Source of the DNA: an uncultured Eubacteriales bacterium
Lineage (GTDB): Bacteria > Bacillota > Clostridia > Christensenellales > Aristaeellaceae
Assembly (NCBI GenBank): GCA_902782865.1
Contig: CACZOZ010000199.1
Location: 1-41,969, forward strand
Direction of reading: 5' to 3'
DNA: 41,969 bases
The position numbers and the translations under genes were made by a program. The notes beneath the pieces are model-generated. The model did not search any database and had not been told where the DNA came from. It was given only the letters and a program-made list of their open reading frames with translations. The stretch's first letter is position 1, and each line of letters starts with the position of its first letter. Below, one piece after another: positions 1 to 8,836 of this stretch.

Positions 1-768
1 ATGCCTCCCGAAAATGTCTTCTTCGCCTATAATGATCAGAAGATCCAGCTGGGCACCGGATATGTGGTCCAGTTCACGCAGGGAGAGCTTTATCCCGATC
101 AGCCGCTGCATATTTTTACCCAGATCGAATCGCAGCCTTCCGCGCGATGCCTTCTTTTCGGCGCGCTGATCGCCAGGGCGGGCGTTATCCGCACGATGGC
201 CAGGCAGCCTGCCAGACTGTATACCCAGATCGACGGGAAAAATATCGAAGCACTTCGCTTTTTCGAACAGATGGGCTTCAAAAACGACGACAGCGAGGAT
301 CTTTACGGGTTCCAGCTGCCCTATGGAAGGGCCGCGGCACCCGTCGGGTTCGAGTATTGGCAGAGCCCGCTGGCCAGCGCGGATGACGAGCTCGCGCTGC
401 TGGCCCGGATCAATCGTTACAGGATACAGCCTGTCAGCCGGGACTATCTGACGCTGTGGCGTCAACAGGAGCACTTCCTGGCCCTGGCATATTACCGTCA
501 GGGGCAGATCGTCTGTGAATGTGTGTTTACCGGAGTGGGCCAGAGCGCGACGCTGCTGTCGATCTATACGGTACCCGAGCTTCGCAGGCAGCATCTGGCC
601 TCACTGCTGCTTGACGCGGCGTCCTATCATCTCAGAGAACAGGGTGTCACGACAGCCTATACGCATATATTCCGGCGGAACACGCCCCAGAACGCGCTGA
701 TAAGGCACTTGAACGGCCGGTTTTTGCGGCAGGTCAATTATCTTCCAGGCATCAATATGATCCGGTAA
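1..768 (+). CDS. GNAT-family N-acetyltransferase-like protein with two acetyltransferase-like halves; the 5' end may be cut by the window edge
   Basis: The ORF runs from nt 1 and no upstream stop is visible. GNAT-like segments include 'NIEALRFFEQMGFKN' and 'VPELRRQHLASLLLDAASYHLREQG'. This is a family-level call only. Confidence 0.5.
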   Translation: MPPENVFFAYNDQKIQLGTGYVVQFTQGELYPDQPLHIFTQIESQPSARCLLFGALIARAGVIRTMARQPARLYTQIDGKNIEALRFFEQMGFKNDDSEDLYGFQLPYGRAAAPVGFEYWQSPLASADDELALLARINRYRIQPVSRDYLTLWRQQEHFLALAYYRQGQIVCECVFTGVGQSATLLSIYTVPELRRQHLASLLLDAASYHLREQGVTTAYTHIFRRNTPQNALIRHLNGRFLRQVNYLPGINMIR

Positions 769-788
769 AGACCGGATCATTTTTGTTT
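759..788 (+). terminator. Possible intrinsic terminator for the GNAT gene, shared with the convergent 3' end of era
   Basis: There is a perfect 7-bp stem GATCCGG (759-765) / CCGGATC (772-778) with loop TAAAGA that contains the GNAT stop codon. It is followed by TTTTTGTTT (780-788). The stem is short. Confidence 0.35.
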
Positions 789-1673
789 GATATACCCGAG
801 CGTTTTGAGATCCAGGGGATTATTGCGCCAATCCTGGCGGACTTTTACCCACAGCTGCAGATTGACGTGCGCGTTCAGGAGCTGTTCGATATCGTGCCGG
901 CTCTGTGAACCGATCTCTTTGATCTTTGAGCCGTTCTTGCCGATGATGATCGCTTTATGGGACTCGCGCTCGCAGTAGATCGTCGCGTGGATCTCAATGA
1001 GAGTATCTCCCGCGTTGAATGTCAGGATCTCCACTCCGATGCCGTGGGGGACCTCATCCGTCAAATTCAAGAGAGCTTTTTCACGTATGATCTCGGCGCA
1101 GATCGCTCTTTCCGGCTGGTCTGTGATCATATCGTCCGGGTAATACCGGGGCCCTTTGGGCAGATGGGAGACCAGGTCCCGAAGCAGCTCGTCTATACCG
1201 TCCCCTGTTTTGGCGCTGACGGGATAGATCTCGTCATAGCCGAGATCACGGAATCGCTGGATGATACCGAGAAGATCTTTCGGTTCAATCAGATCGGTCT
1301 TATTGAGCACCAGCAGTTTGCGGCATTTCTTCTCCGCCATCTCCCGGATGAAGTCGGCGTCTTTTTCCCGGCAGTTGGATACGTCGGTCAGGACCAGAAG
1401 AGTTTCGATGCCTTCGAGAGCGTCCTGGATGGACTGTATCATATAACTGCCGAGTTTCGTCTTGGGCTGATGAAAGCCGGGCGTATCCATAAACACGATC
1501 TGCGCGTCCGGCTCATTGTAAATGCCGAGGATCGTATTGCGCGTCGTCTGAGGCCTGCTGGACACGATGGCGATCTTTTCCCCGATGATGCGGTTGAGCA
1601 GAGTGGATTTTCCCACGTTGGGCCGCCCGACGATGGCTACGAATCCGGAACGGAATGTGTTGTCAGCTTTCAT
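777..1673 (-). CDS. era: GTPase Era
   Basis: G1 'GRPNVGKSTLLN', G3 'DTPG' and G4 'NKTD' are present, with a C-terminal KH-like region. I chose the ATG at 1673 (MKADNTF...) because GGAGG lies 7 nt upstream; the track ORF begins at a TTG at 1691. Confidence 0.95.
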   Translation of the reverse strand: MKADNTFRSGFVAIVGRPNVGKSTLLNRIIGEKIAIVSSRPQTTRNTILGIYNEPDAQIVFMDTPGFHQPKTKLGSYMIQSIQDALEGIETLLVLTDVSNCREKDADFIREMAEKKCRKLLVLNKTDLIEPKDLLGIIQRFRDLGYDEIYPVSAKTGDGIDELLRDLVSHLPKGPRYYPDDMITDQPERAICAEIIREKALLNLTDEVPHGIGVEILTFNAGDTLIEIHATIYCERESHKAIIIGKNGSKIKEIGSQSRHDIEQLLNAHVNLQLWVKVRQDWRNNPLDLKTLGYIKQK

Positions 1674-1687
1674 ATCTTTCCTCCTGT

Positions 1688-2602
1688 TCAATGCCCCAGA
1701 AAATCGGCGGCGGCGCCTGCGGGGCCGAAACCGTTCTTAAGCAGATCTTTCAAGCTCGATTCTTCCACGTGACCGCCCCAGGTCACGAGGACTCTCATAT
1801 CCGGGCTGAATTCATACAGCACCTGTCTGCAGATGCCGCACGGCCAGGGCGCGAACTCATCCGAGGCGATGGCGATCGCGTCAAACTGCCTGTGACCTTC
1901 GCTAACGGCTTTGAATACGGCCGTCCTTTCGGCGCAGTTGGTGGCGCCATAGGAGGAATTCTCGATATTGCAGCCCGTGTACACCGTCCCGTCCGTGCAT
2001 CTCAGACAGGCGCCGACCCTGTAGTGAGAATAGGGTGAGTATGAGAATCGCATCGCCTCACGGGCTTTTTCAAGCAGTGCTTCATCGCTGACGAGCCCCA
2101 CTTTTTCAAGGCTTATTTCCTCCTGGTTCCGCATGGCTGCTTTGTCCTCCTTGTTCATGTGATCATAACCCATGAGATGGAACATGGCATGGGCTGTCAG
2201 GTACGCGATCTCCCTGCGCAGAGAATGCCCGTACTCTTCGGCCTGTTTCTCGGCGTGGGGGAGAGAAATGATGATATCGCCCAGGAAACAGGCATCGATC
2301 TCCGGATCATACTCCATGCCGATCAGTTCCCCCGCGTCTTTCAGCGTTCGGGTGGGATCGAATCCGCACGAGGGAAAACTGAGTACATCGGTGGATGAAG
2401 GGTTGTTTCTGTATTCCCGATTGATCCCGGCGATCGTGTCATCGTCGACTAAGGAAACATGAACGGCGATCCTCCCTGACGCGCCTTCGGTCTCAAGACA
2501 GCTTTGACTTGTCCGGCGGATCAGCTCCAGATCATCGGGCGCGATCTTTACGTCTTCATCGGTGATAAGTACGATCTCAGGCTTGTTCATTACCGGTTCC
2601 AT
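1688..2602 (-). CDS. In-frame fusion of endoribonuclease YbeY (N-terminal) and cytidine deaminase (C-terminal)
   Basis: The YbeY zinc motif 'HAMFHLMGYDH' is followed, with no stop, by the Cdd motifs 'YSPYSHYRVGA', 'CAERTA' and 'PCGICRQV'. The likely start is the ATG at 2602 (AGGAAGG 5 nt upstream) or the ATG at 2590. It overlaps the pgpH 3' end. Confidence 0.85.
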   Translation of the reverse strand: MEPVMNKPEIVLITDEDVKIAPDDLELIRRTSQSCLETEGASGRIAVHVSLVDDDTIAGINREYRNNPSSTDVLSFPSCGFDPTRTLKDAGELIGMEYDPEIDACFLGDIIISLPHAEKQAEEYGHSLRREIAYLTAHAMFHLMGYDHMNKEDKAAMRNQEEISLEKVGLVSDEALLEKAREAMRFSYSPYSHYRVGACLRCTDGTVYTGCNIENSSYGATNCAERTAVFKAVSEGHRQFDAIAIASDEFAPWPCGICRQVLYEFSPDMRVLVTWGGHVEESSLKDLLKNGFGPAGAAADFLGH

Positions 2603-4931
2603 CCTTTCCTTCCTGAGACGGAACAGTCTTGGCCGCCGGTATCTCCACCTCATCGGCGGAATCGGGATCGATCACGGTCAGGGGATCGACGGTGATCTGC
2701 GGAAGAGCGATCTCTTCAAGTTTCACCTCGGTATCCGGTACGGACTGGGTGATATTGGTGATGAACTCCTCATCGTTCCTGCTTTCCTGCTGTACAGCCG
2801 TCGGGACCCTGATCTCACGCTTGGGAGCATCCGGATATTCGATGCGTTCGTGGAAAGCGCCTTTCAGGACGGTGGTGCACGCGATGCAGATCTTGTCCAG
2901 ATCAAGGAGCGTGAGCGGAGAGAGGCTCAGCTGGCCGTCTTCGATCTTTCCGCGGACAAGCTTGACGATAAAAAGTTCGATCTCTTCGGGCGTGGGGGAG
3001 TGCAGCGTCCTCACCGCGGCTTCGATCGTGTCGCACAGCATAAGGATGGCGCCCTCACGGGTCCGGGGAGGTGATCCGTGATAACGGAAGTCATCGATAT
3101 TGACCGGTTTTCCGTTGGCTTCTTTTACGGCCTTGGCGTAAAAGAACTGCACCGGGGTATCGCCGTGATGCTCCTGTATCATCTGGATGACCGCTTTCGG
3201 GAGACGCGCTTCCCTGGCGAGAGCGACTCCGTCGCTGACGTGGCTCGTCACGATCGTTGCGGCTGTGAGCGGGTCCAGCAGGTCCAGAGGATGATCGTCA
3301 CCTATCTGATTTTCCTTGAAATACAAGGGCCTTTTGAGTTTTCCGATATCGTGGTAGTATCCGGCGACGCGGCACAGGAGAGAATTGGCGTTTATAGCTC
3401 TGGCGCTGGCCTCAGCCAGATTGGACACGATGATGGAATGGTGATACGTGCCCGGCGCTTCAAGCATCAGACGATTGAGAAGAGGCTGGCTCGGATTGCT
3501 CAGCAGCAGCAGTTTATAGGGCGTCGGAAGATTGAAAACAAGCTCCAGCAGGGGCTGGATACCGGTGAACAGGAGCGCGCTGGCGATCGTGCCGGCGGCT
3601 CTCCAGAGGCCATGGTCGATGACAGCCGTGATATCGTTCGTCGTGAGCAGACCGATCGCGAGAAACAGCACCATCTCGAACACGGCGGCAAGGATACCGG
3701 CCACAAGGCCCGTCAGCCGGGAGGAACGGAAATGGTGCAGGACCGCTGCCAGAAGGCTGCCGGTCAGCAGGGTGCAGATCATCAGATAAACGCATTGCTC
3801 CGTGTAAGCCTCACTGCTGCCCGCGGCCATAACGGTGACAAGGACCGCGATCGCCGTGTTGCACAGGCAGCCTGTGGTGGGCGATACCAGGGCTGTCGCG
3901 AGCATCACGCACAGCAGGGACGGGATGCAGTAGCTGTTGATCATCCTGCCGATGATGCACAGGCCGAAAGATAACACCAGGATGATGCAGGTGAGCAGCG
4001 TTTTGGTGACGGAAAAATTGTCCCTGATCTCCAGGCGGCTCGTCAGGACGAACGTGCTGATGAGCACGGCAAGGCTGAGTATGGCGCTGCCGAGCCACAT
4101 CAGGGGATCATCGGACTGATCGTTCAAAAGCCCCAGTGAATGCAGCACCTCGATCTGGCTCAGGGTGATGACGCCTTCGCTTTTAACGATGATATTCTGG
4201 CCCTGTTTATAGATGACGGGTTCGACGCTCTGCCTGGCGGCTTCCTGCGCTTCGCTGGTCGCTTCCTGATCGATCACCATGTTGGGCTGGATACAGTAAT
4301 TCAGCACCGGCAGGCCGATATTCTGCAGCAGATCCCTGTCGACGCCGTATCCGATGATATACAGGATCGTTCGGACGGCCTCGCTCTCATCCCCCTGTGC
4401 GACGTGGCCGTTCATCGTGTTCTCCGTCGCGCTCCTCATGGACGTGTATAAAGCGTCCAGAGAGTCGGAAGGTGTGCGCAGGAGGGTGGTCAGCTGATAG
4501 TTGCTCAGGGAGACAGTGGTCAGGATCGTCTTGGCGTAGGAAAGCTCATCCGAGGTAAAGACGCGGTTTTTATCGACATCGGGCAGCGTGTCGCCGTATT
4601 GCCTGACGGCGCGGAGCTGACTGAAGACCTGATCCAAATTGTAAAGGACGTTCTCGGTGATGTTTTCCTGATAGGTATAGATGGGGATGACCTGTCTGGC
4701 GGCTTCCTCACGGCGGGCCTGTGTGGTGACCTCGTCAACGATATCCTTGCTGGCGGCGATCGTTACAGGGGGCACCATCCCAACAGAAAGATCATACTTG
4801 ACCGGCGAGATCGTCAGCAGCAGCATGATAAATATGATGATCGTCGCGGCCAGATAGATCAGAAGCTGATATCGGGCTTTTTTGATCCTCTCGATGATGG
4901 ATGGCTTTTTTTTCTCAGATTTATCCGCCAT
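2577..4931 (-). CDS. pgpH: 7TM-HD membrane phosphohydrolase (YqfF/PgpH family, cyclic-di-AMP phosphodiesterase type)
   Basis: The protein has an N-terminal TM anchor plus an extracytoplasmic region, a central multi-TM block, and a C-terminal HD domain ('YHHSIIVSN', 'GYYHDIGK'). It sits in the conserved position between phoH and ybeY. GGAGG precedes the ATG. Confidence 0.85.
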   Translation of the reverse strand: MADKSEKKKPSIIERIKKARYQLLIYLAATIIIFIMLLLTISPVKYDLSVGMVPPVTIAASKDIVDEVTTQARREEAARQVIPIYTYQENITENVLYNLDQVFSQLRAVRQYGDTLPDVDKNRVFTSDELSYAKTILTTVSLSNYQLTTLLRTPSDSLDALYTSMRSATENTMNGHVAQGDESEAVRTILYIIGYGVDRDLLQNIGLPVLNYCIQPNMVIDQEATSEAQEAARQSVEPVIYKQGQNIIVKSEGVITLSQIEVLHSLGLLNDQSDDPLMWLGSAILSLAVLISTFVLTSRLEIRDNFSVTKTLLTCIILVLSFGLCIIGRMINSYCIPSLLCVMLATALVSPTTGCLCNTAIAVLVTVMAAGSSEAYTEQCVYLMICTLLTGSLLAAVLHHFRSSRLTGLVAGILAAVFEMVLFLAIGLLTTNDITAVIDHGLWRAAGTIASALLFTGIQPLLELVFNLPTPYKLLLLSNPSQPLLNRLMLEAPGTYHHSIIVSNLAEASARAINANSLLCRVAGYYHDIGKLKRPLYFKENQIGDDHPLDLLDPLTAATIVTSHVSDGVALAREARLPKAVIQMIQEHHGDTPVQFFYAKAVKEANGKPVNIDDFRYHGSPPRTREGAILMLCDTIEAAVRTLHSPTPEEIELFIVKLVRGKIEDGQLSLSPLTLLDLDKICIACTTVLKGAFHERIEYPDAPKREIRVPTAVQQESRNDEEFITNITQSVPDTEVKLEEIALPQITVDPLTVIDPDSADEVEIPAAKTVPSQEGKDGTGNEQA

Positions 4932-4948
4932 GACTGTGGCCTCCTTTT

Positions 4949-5899
4949 TTACTGGATCAGCCCTTTATCCCTGCGCTCATACGCCTCAACGATCCTGCGG
5001 ACGAGCTCGTTGCGTACCACGTCATCCTGGGACAGATGGATGATGCCGATATCCTCGATGCCGCTCAGGATCGTTTCCGCTTCCTTCAGGCCGCTTTCAC
5101 GTCCGCGCGGGAGATCGATCTGGGTCAGGTCGCCGGTGACGATGCAGCGGGAGTGCTCGCCCAGCCTTGTCAGGAACATCTTCATCTGCTCGGTGGTCGT
5201 GTTCTGGGCTTCATCAAGTATGATGAACGAATTGGACAAAGTCCTGCCGCGCATGAAAGCCAGCGGGGCTATCTCAAGCACGTTGCGCTCGGTCAGGCGC
5301 TGAACGCTGTCAGGCCCCATGATCTCATAAAGCGCGTCATAAAGAGGCCTCAGATAGGGATCAACTTTCTGGCTCATATCCCCGGGGAGAAAACCCAGTT
5401 TTTCACCGGCTTCCACGGCCGGACGGGTCAGGATCAGGCGGTCGACCTCGTTTTTTCTGATCGCATTCGCGGCGAGCGCGATAGCCAGATACGTCTTGCC
5501 TGTACCGGCCGGCCCGATGGCCAGCGTCAGGGTATTTCGGCGCGCGCTCTGTACGTATTCCAGCTGGCCTGCGGTCTTGCACTTGATCGGCCTGCCGCGG
5601 ACCGTCAGGGCGACGACCTCGCCCAATATCTCATCCACCTGGTCCTCACGGCCGGAGCGGATCAGTTCCGACACATAGCGTATTTTTGCCGGATCGATCT
5701 TTTCACCGGAATGATACAGCCGGAGAAGATGACCGATCGCTTTTTCCGCTGACGCGATATCCTCATCCCGGCCCAGGATCTCCACGCCCCCGTTGACGGG
5801 CGAGATCTTTACGCCGCAGGATTGTTCCAGAGCGGTCAGGTTCGTATCATTGCAGCCGAATATGGCCGTGTAACCGTCGATGCTGTTGATCAGGATCAT
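4949..5899 (-). CDS. phoH: PhoH-family ATPase (PhoH/YbeZ)
   Basis: Walker A 'GPAGTGKTYLA' and Walker B 'IILDEAQN' are present. It shows conserved synteny with pgpH-ybeY. Confidence 0.9.
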   Translation of the reverse strand: MILINSIDGYTAIFGCNDTNLTALEQSCGVKISPVNGGVEILGRDEDIASAEKAIGHLLRLYHSGEKIDPAKIRYVSELIRSGREDQVDEILGEVVALTVRGRPIKCKTAGQLEYVQSARRNTLTLAIGPAGTGKTYLAIALAANAIRKNEVDRLILTRPAVEAGEKLGFLPGDMSQKVDPYLRPLYDALYEIMGPDSVQRLTERNVLEIAPLAFMRGRTLSNSFIILDEAQNTTTEQMKMFLTRLGEHSRCIVTGDLTQIDLPRGRESGLKEAETILSGIEDIGIIHLSQDDVVRNELVRRIVEAYERRDKGLIQ

Positions 5900-5910
5900 T
5901 TAAGCGCCCC

Positions 5911-6732
5911 TTACAGATCTAAAGTTTCGAAAAGTGAATCATCTCTGCCGAGGATCTTGATCTTATCATATCCGAGCTCTTTCAGAAGGGAGGACATCTG
6001 GTCAAAACCATGATCCAGGAGGTCTTTATTATGGCAGTCCGAAGACACGATGACCTCGCCTCCGAGTGCTTTCCATTCTTTCAGGATCCATGGTGAAGGA
6101 TACGGATCCCGGATATAGCCCCTTGCCATACCGCCGGTATTGACTTCAAGAAGGGAACCGCAGGATCTGATGCCGCGAAGCGTCTGAGCGACGATCCGGC
6201 GGTACCCGGGATCTTCCTCATCAAAAAGGTGCAGCCGGCTGTTGTACTTTTTGACAAGATCGAAATGACCGATGATGGGGGGATGCCAGCTCAAAGCGTA
6301 AAGGAAAAGCTCCTCGTAGTATTCTTCGGCCAGCTTGAGCCCGCTGCCGCCGTATCTTGAGCCCACCAGGGACCGGAGCTCATCGGGGCGGCCGTCTACG
6401 GCGACCATGGAACCGCTGCCGGGCAGATAGTGGACGGAGGCGATATAATACTCATACCGCTCCGGTTCGTCACAGCTGAAATAGTCCCGTTCCACTCCTG
6501 TCCAGATGCGGATCCGCCCGTCGAGTTCGCGTTTAAGATCCGCTATATCCCTGCGATAAGCTTCACAGCCTTCGGGGGTCATGGCATAATCGTCAAACAG
6601 CTGCAGCCCGTGGCCGGAAAAACCGATACTTTGAAAGCCCAGGGACAGCGCCGCGTCCACCATGCTCCGGATCGGATCACGGCCGTCACAGTACAGCGAA
6701 TGTGTATGGCAGTTCGAAAGGATCTTCGTCAT
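5911..6732 (-). CDS. PHP-domain histidinol-phosphatase-family (HisJ/HisK-like) hydrolase
   Basis: The N-terminal metal motif 'CHTHSLYCDG' is present, and the length (273 aa) and later His/Asp-containing segments are typical of PHP phosphoesterases. The substrate was not determined. Confidence 0.7.
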   Translation of the reverse strand: MTKILSNCHTHSLYCDGRDPIRSMVDAALSLGFQSIGFSGHGLQLFDDYAMTPEGCEAYRRDIADLKRELDGRIRIWTGVERDYFSCDEPERYEYYIASVHYLPGSGSMVAVDGRPDELRSLVGSRYGGSGLKLAEEYYEELFLYALSWHPPIIGHFDLVKKYNSRLHLFDEEDPGYRRIVAQTLRGIRSCGSLLEVNTGGMARGYIRDPYPSPWILKEWKALGGEVIVSSDCHNKDLLDHGFDQMSSLLKELGYDKIKILGRDDSLFETLDL

Positions 6733-6743
6733 ATGCCTGTCCC

Positions 6744-7961
6744 TTAAAGAGCCTTGAGACGGCTGACAGCTTCAGCCGTGTTTTCCAGGGTATTGAAGGC
6801 TGTCAGCCTGAAATATCCTTCTCCGCTCGGGCCGAAACCTTTTCCGGGAGTCCCAACCACGTGGGCTTTGTTGAGCAGAAGATCAAAGAAATCCCAGCTG
6901 GGCATATCATTGGGAGTTTTCATCCACACATAGGGACTGTTGGTCCCGCCGTAGACTTCATAACCGGCTTCCCTGAGGCCGCTGAGCATCACTTCGGCAT
7001 TGGCGAGGTAGTATTTCACATTCGCCATCGTTTCCGCCCATCCGCGCGGGGTATAAACAGCCGCCGCCGCCCGCTGAACGGGATAGGAAACACCGTTGGA
7101 TTTTGTGGAGGTCCTCCTCCGCCACAGCTGATTGAGGCTGACCGGCCTGGAGCCTACGTATCCCATGACTTTCTTGGGGATGACCATATAGCCGCACCGG
7201 ACACCGGTGAATCCCGCGGTCTTCGAGAAAGAGCAGCATTCGATGGCGCACTCGTCCGCGCCGGGTATCTCATAGATGCTGCGGGGGATGTCATCCTGGG
7301 TGATATAGGCCTTGTAGGCGGCGTCATACACGATCAGCGAACGATGGGAAACAGCCCAGTCGACAAACGGCTTGAGCTGGTCTTTGGTCAGAACGGTGCC
7401 GGTGGGATTATTGGGATAGCAAAGATAAAGAACATCCACATCATCGCCGGGGAGAGGCGGGACAAAGTCGTTTTCCTTTACGCAGGGCAGGTATCCAAGC
7501 CCGCTCCATCGCCCGTCGGCAAAAGAGCCGAGCCGGCCGCTCATGGCGTTGGAATCCACGTAAACGGGGTAGACCGGATCCGTCACGGCGATCTTCGTAT
7601 CTTTGGAGAACAGCTCCTGCAGATTTCCCACGTCAGGCTTTGCTCCGTCCGAGATAAACACCTCATCATAATCAAGACGGATACCGCGGGGGAGATAATC
7701 ACTGTTCCTGATGGCGTCTATCAGGAAGGAATAGCCGTAATCGGGGGGATAGCCGTGGAATCCCTCGGGCGTCGACATATTGGCTGCTGCGTCCGCCATT
7801 TCCTGAGCGACGGCCCTGGACAGGGGCCTGGTAACGTCGCCGATGCCGAGACGTATGAGGTCAGCGTCCGGATGCAAAGCCGTGAATTTTTTGATTCGAT
7901 CGGCGATATCAGCGAACAGGTAGTTGGAAGGCAGGCTGTACAGATCAGCGTTGCATTTCAT
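6744..7961 (-). CDS. dapL: LL-diaminopimelate aminotransferase (DapL type)
   Basis: The N-terminus 'LPSNYLFADI...RLGIGDVTRPL', 'YPNNPTG' and the PLP-lysine motif 'SFSKTAGFTG' are present. The gene is adjacent to dapF. GGAGG precedes the ATG. Confidence 0.85.
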   Translation of the reverse strand: MKCNADLYSLPSNYLFADIADRIKKFTALHPDADLIRLGIGDVTRPLSRAVAQEMADAAANMSTPEGFHGYPPDYGYSFLIDAIRNSDYLPRGIRLDYDEVFISDGAKPDVGNLQELFSKDTKIAVTDPVYPVYVDSNAMSGRLGSFADGRWSGLGYLPCVKENDFVPPLPGDDVDVLYLCYPNNPTGTVLTKDQLKPFVDWAVSHRSLIVYDAAYKAYITQDDIPRSIYEIPGADECAIECCSFSKTAGFTGVRCGYMVIPKKVMGYVGSRPVSLNQLWRRRTSTKSNGVSYPVQRAAAAVYTPRGWAETMANVKYYLANAEVMLSGLREAGYEVYGGTNSPYVWMKTPNDMPSWDFFDLLLNKAHVVGTPGKGFGPSGEGYFRLTAFNTLENTAEAVSRLKAL

Positions 7962-7981
7962 GGTATTTTACCTCCGGATCA

Positions 7982-8815
7982 TTATGAGGGCCATTCGCCT
8001 TCAAATACGATAACAGCGGGACCGGTCTGATACACATGGTTATCTTCCGGATCCCAGTGTACGTTCAGATTGCCGCCGGCCAGCTTCATCTGCACATGAC
8101 GGTTGCTCTGGCCGTTCAGAACGGATGCGACCAGCGCCGCGCACGCGCCGGTGCTGCAGGCCAGGGTCTCGCCGGCGCCGCGTTCCCAAACGCGCATCTG
8201 GAGCACATCCCGGGAGATCGTCCTGACGAATTCGATGTTCGTCCTTCTCGGGAAAAGAGGATGATGCTCCAGCAGCGGCCCCAGAACGGGCAGATCGATC
8301 ACTTCCGGGTCACGGACGAAAATGACCGCGTGGGGGTTTCCCATGCTGACGCAAGTCAGAAAATAAGTCTGTCCCATGATCTGCATCCTGTGGCGCAGGA
8401 CCATTTCGCCCGGCAGATCGACCGGTATCTTTTGAGGATCGAGCTCCGGAGAGCCCATATCGACCTTGGCGCCGGTCACTTTACCGTTTTCAATGATCAG
8501 GCATACTTCTTTCAGGCCTACGCGAGTCTCCACCCACAGGCGGTCGCTGTCGACGAGCCCTTTTTCATATACCAGTTTGCCGGCACAGCGCAAGGCGTTG
8601 CCGTCCATTTCGGTCTCGCTGCCGTCTGAGTTGAAGGTCCTCAGGCTGAAGTCCGCCGACGTGCTTCGCTGTATCAGGGCGATGCCGTCAGCGCCGACAC
8701 CGAAATGCGGACGGCACATGAGCAGAGCGAGGCTGGAGTAATCACTGACATCCTGGCTGATGCAATCGATACAGATCACATCATTCCCGATCCCCTGCAT
8801 TTTGACGAAACGCAT
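7982..8815 (-). CDS. dapF: Diaminopimelate epimerase homolog (DapF family) with a non-canonical first catalytic residue
   Basis: 'MQGIGNDV', 'FNSDGSE', 'SMGNPH' and 'WERGAGETLACSTGAC' are present. However, the usual 'MCGNGxRC' reads 'MDGNALRC'; the Asp codon GAC is the reverse complement of 8603-8605. Confidence 0.85.
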   Translation of the reverse strand: MRFVKMQGIGNDVICIDCISQDVSDYSSLALLMCRPHFGVGADGIALIQRSTSADFSLRTFNSDGSETEMDGNALRCAGKLVYEKGLVDSDRLWVETRVGLKEVCLIIENGKVTGAKVDMGSPELDPQKIPVDLPGEMVLRHRMQIMGQTYFLTCVSMGNPHAVIFVRDPEVIDLPVLGPLLEHHPLFPRRTNIEFVRTISRDVLQMRVWERGAGETLACSTGACAALVASVLNGQSNRHVQMKLAGGNLNVHWDPEDNHVYQTGPAVIVFEGEWPS

Positions 8816-8836
8816 TTTTGCTCCTTTCAGTCGAAT

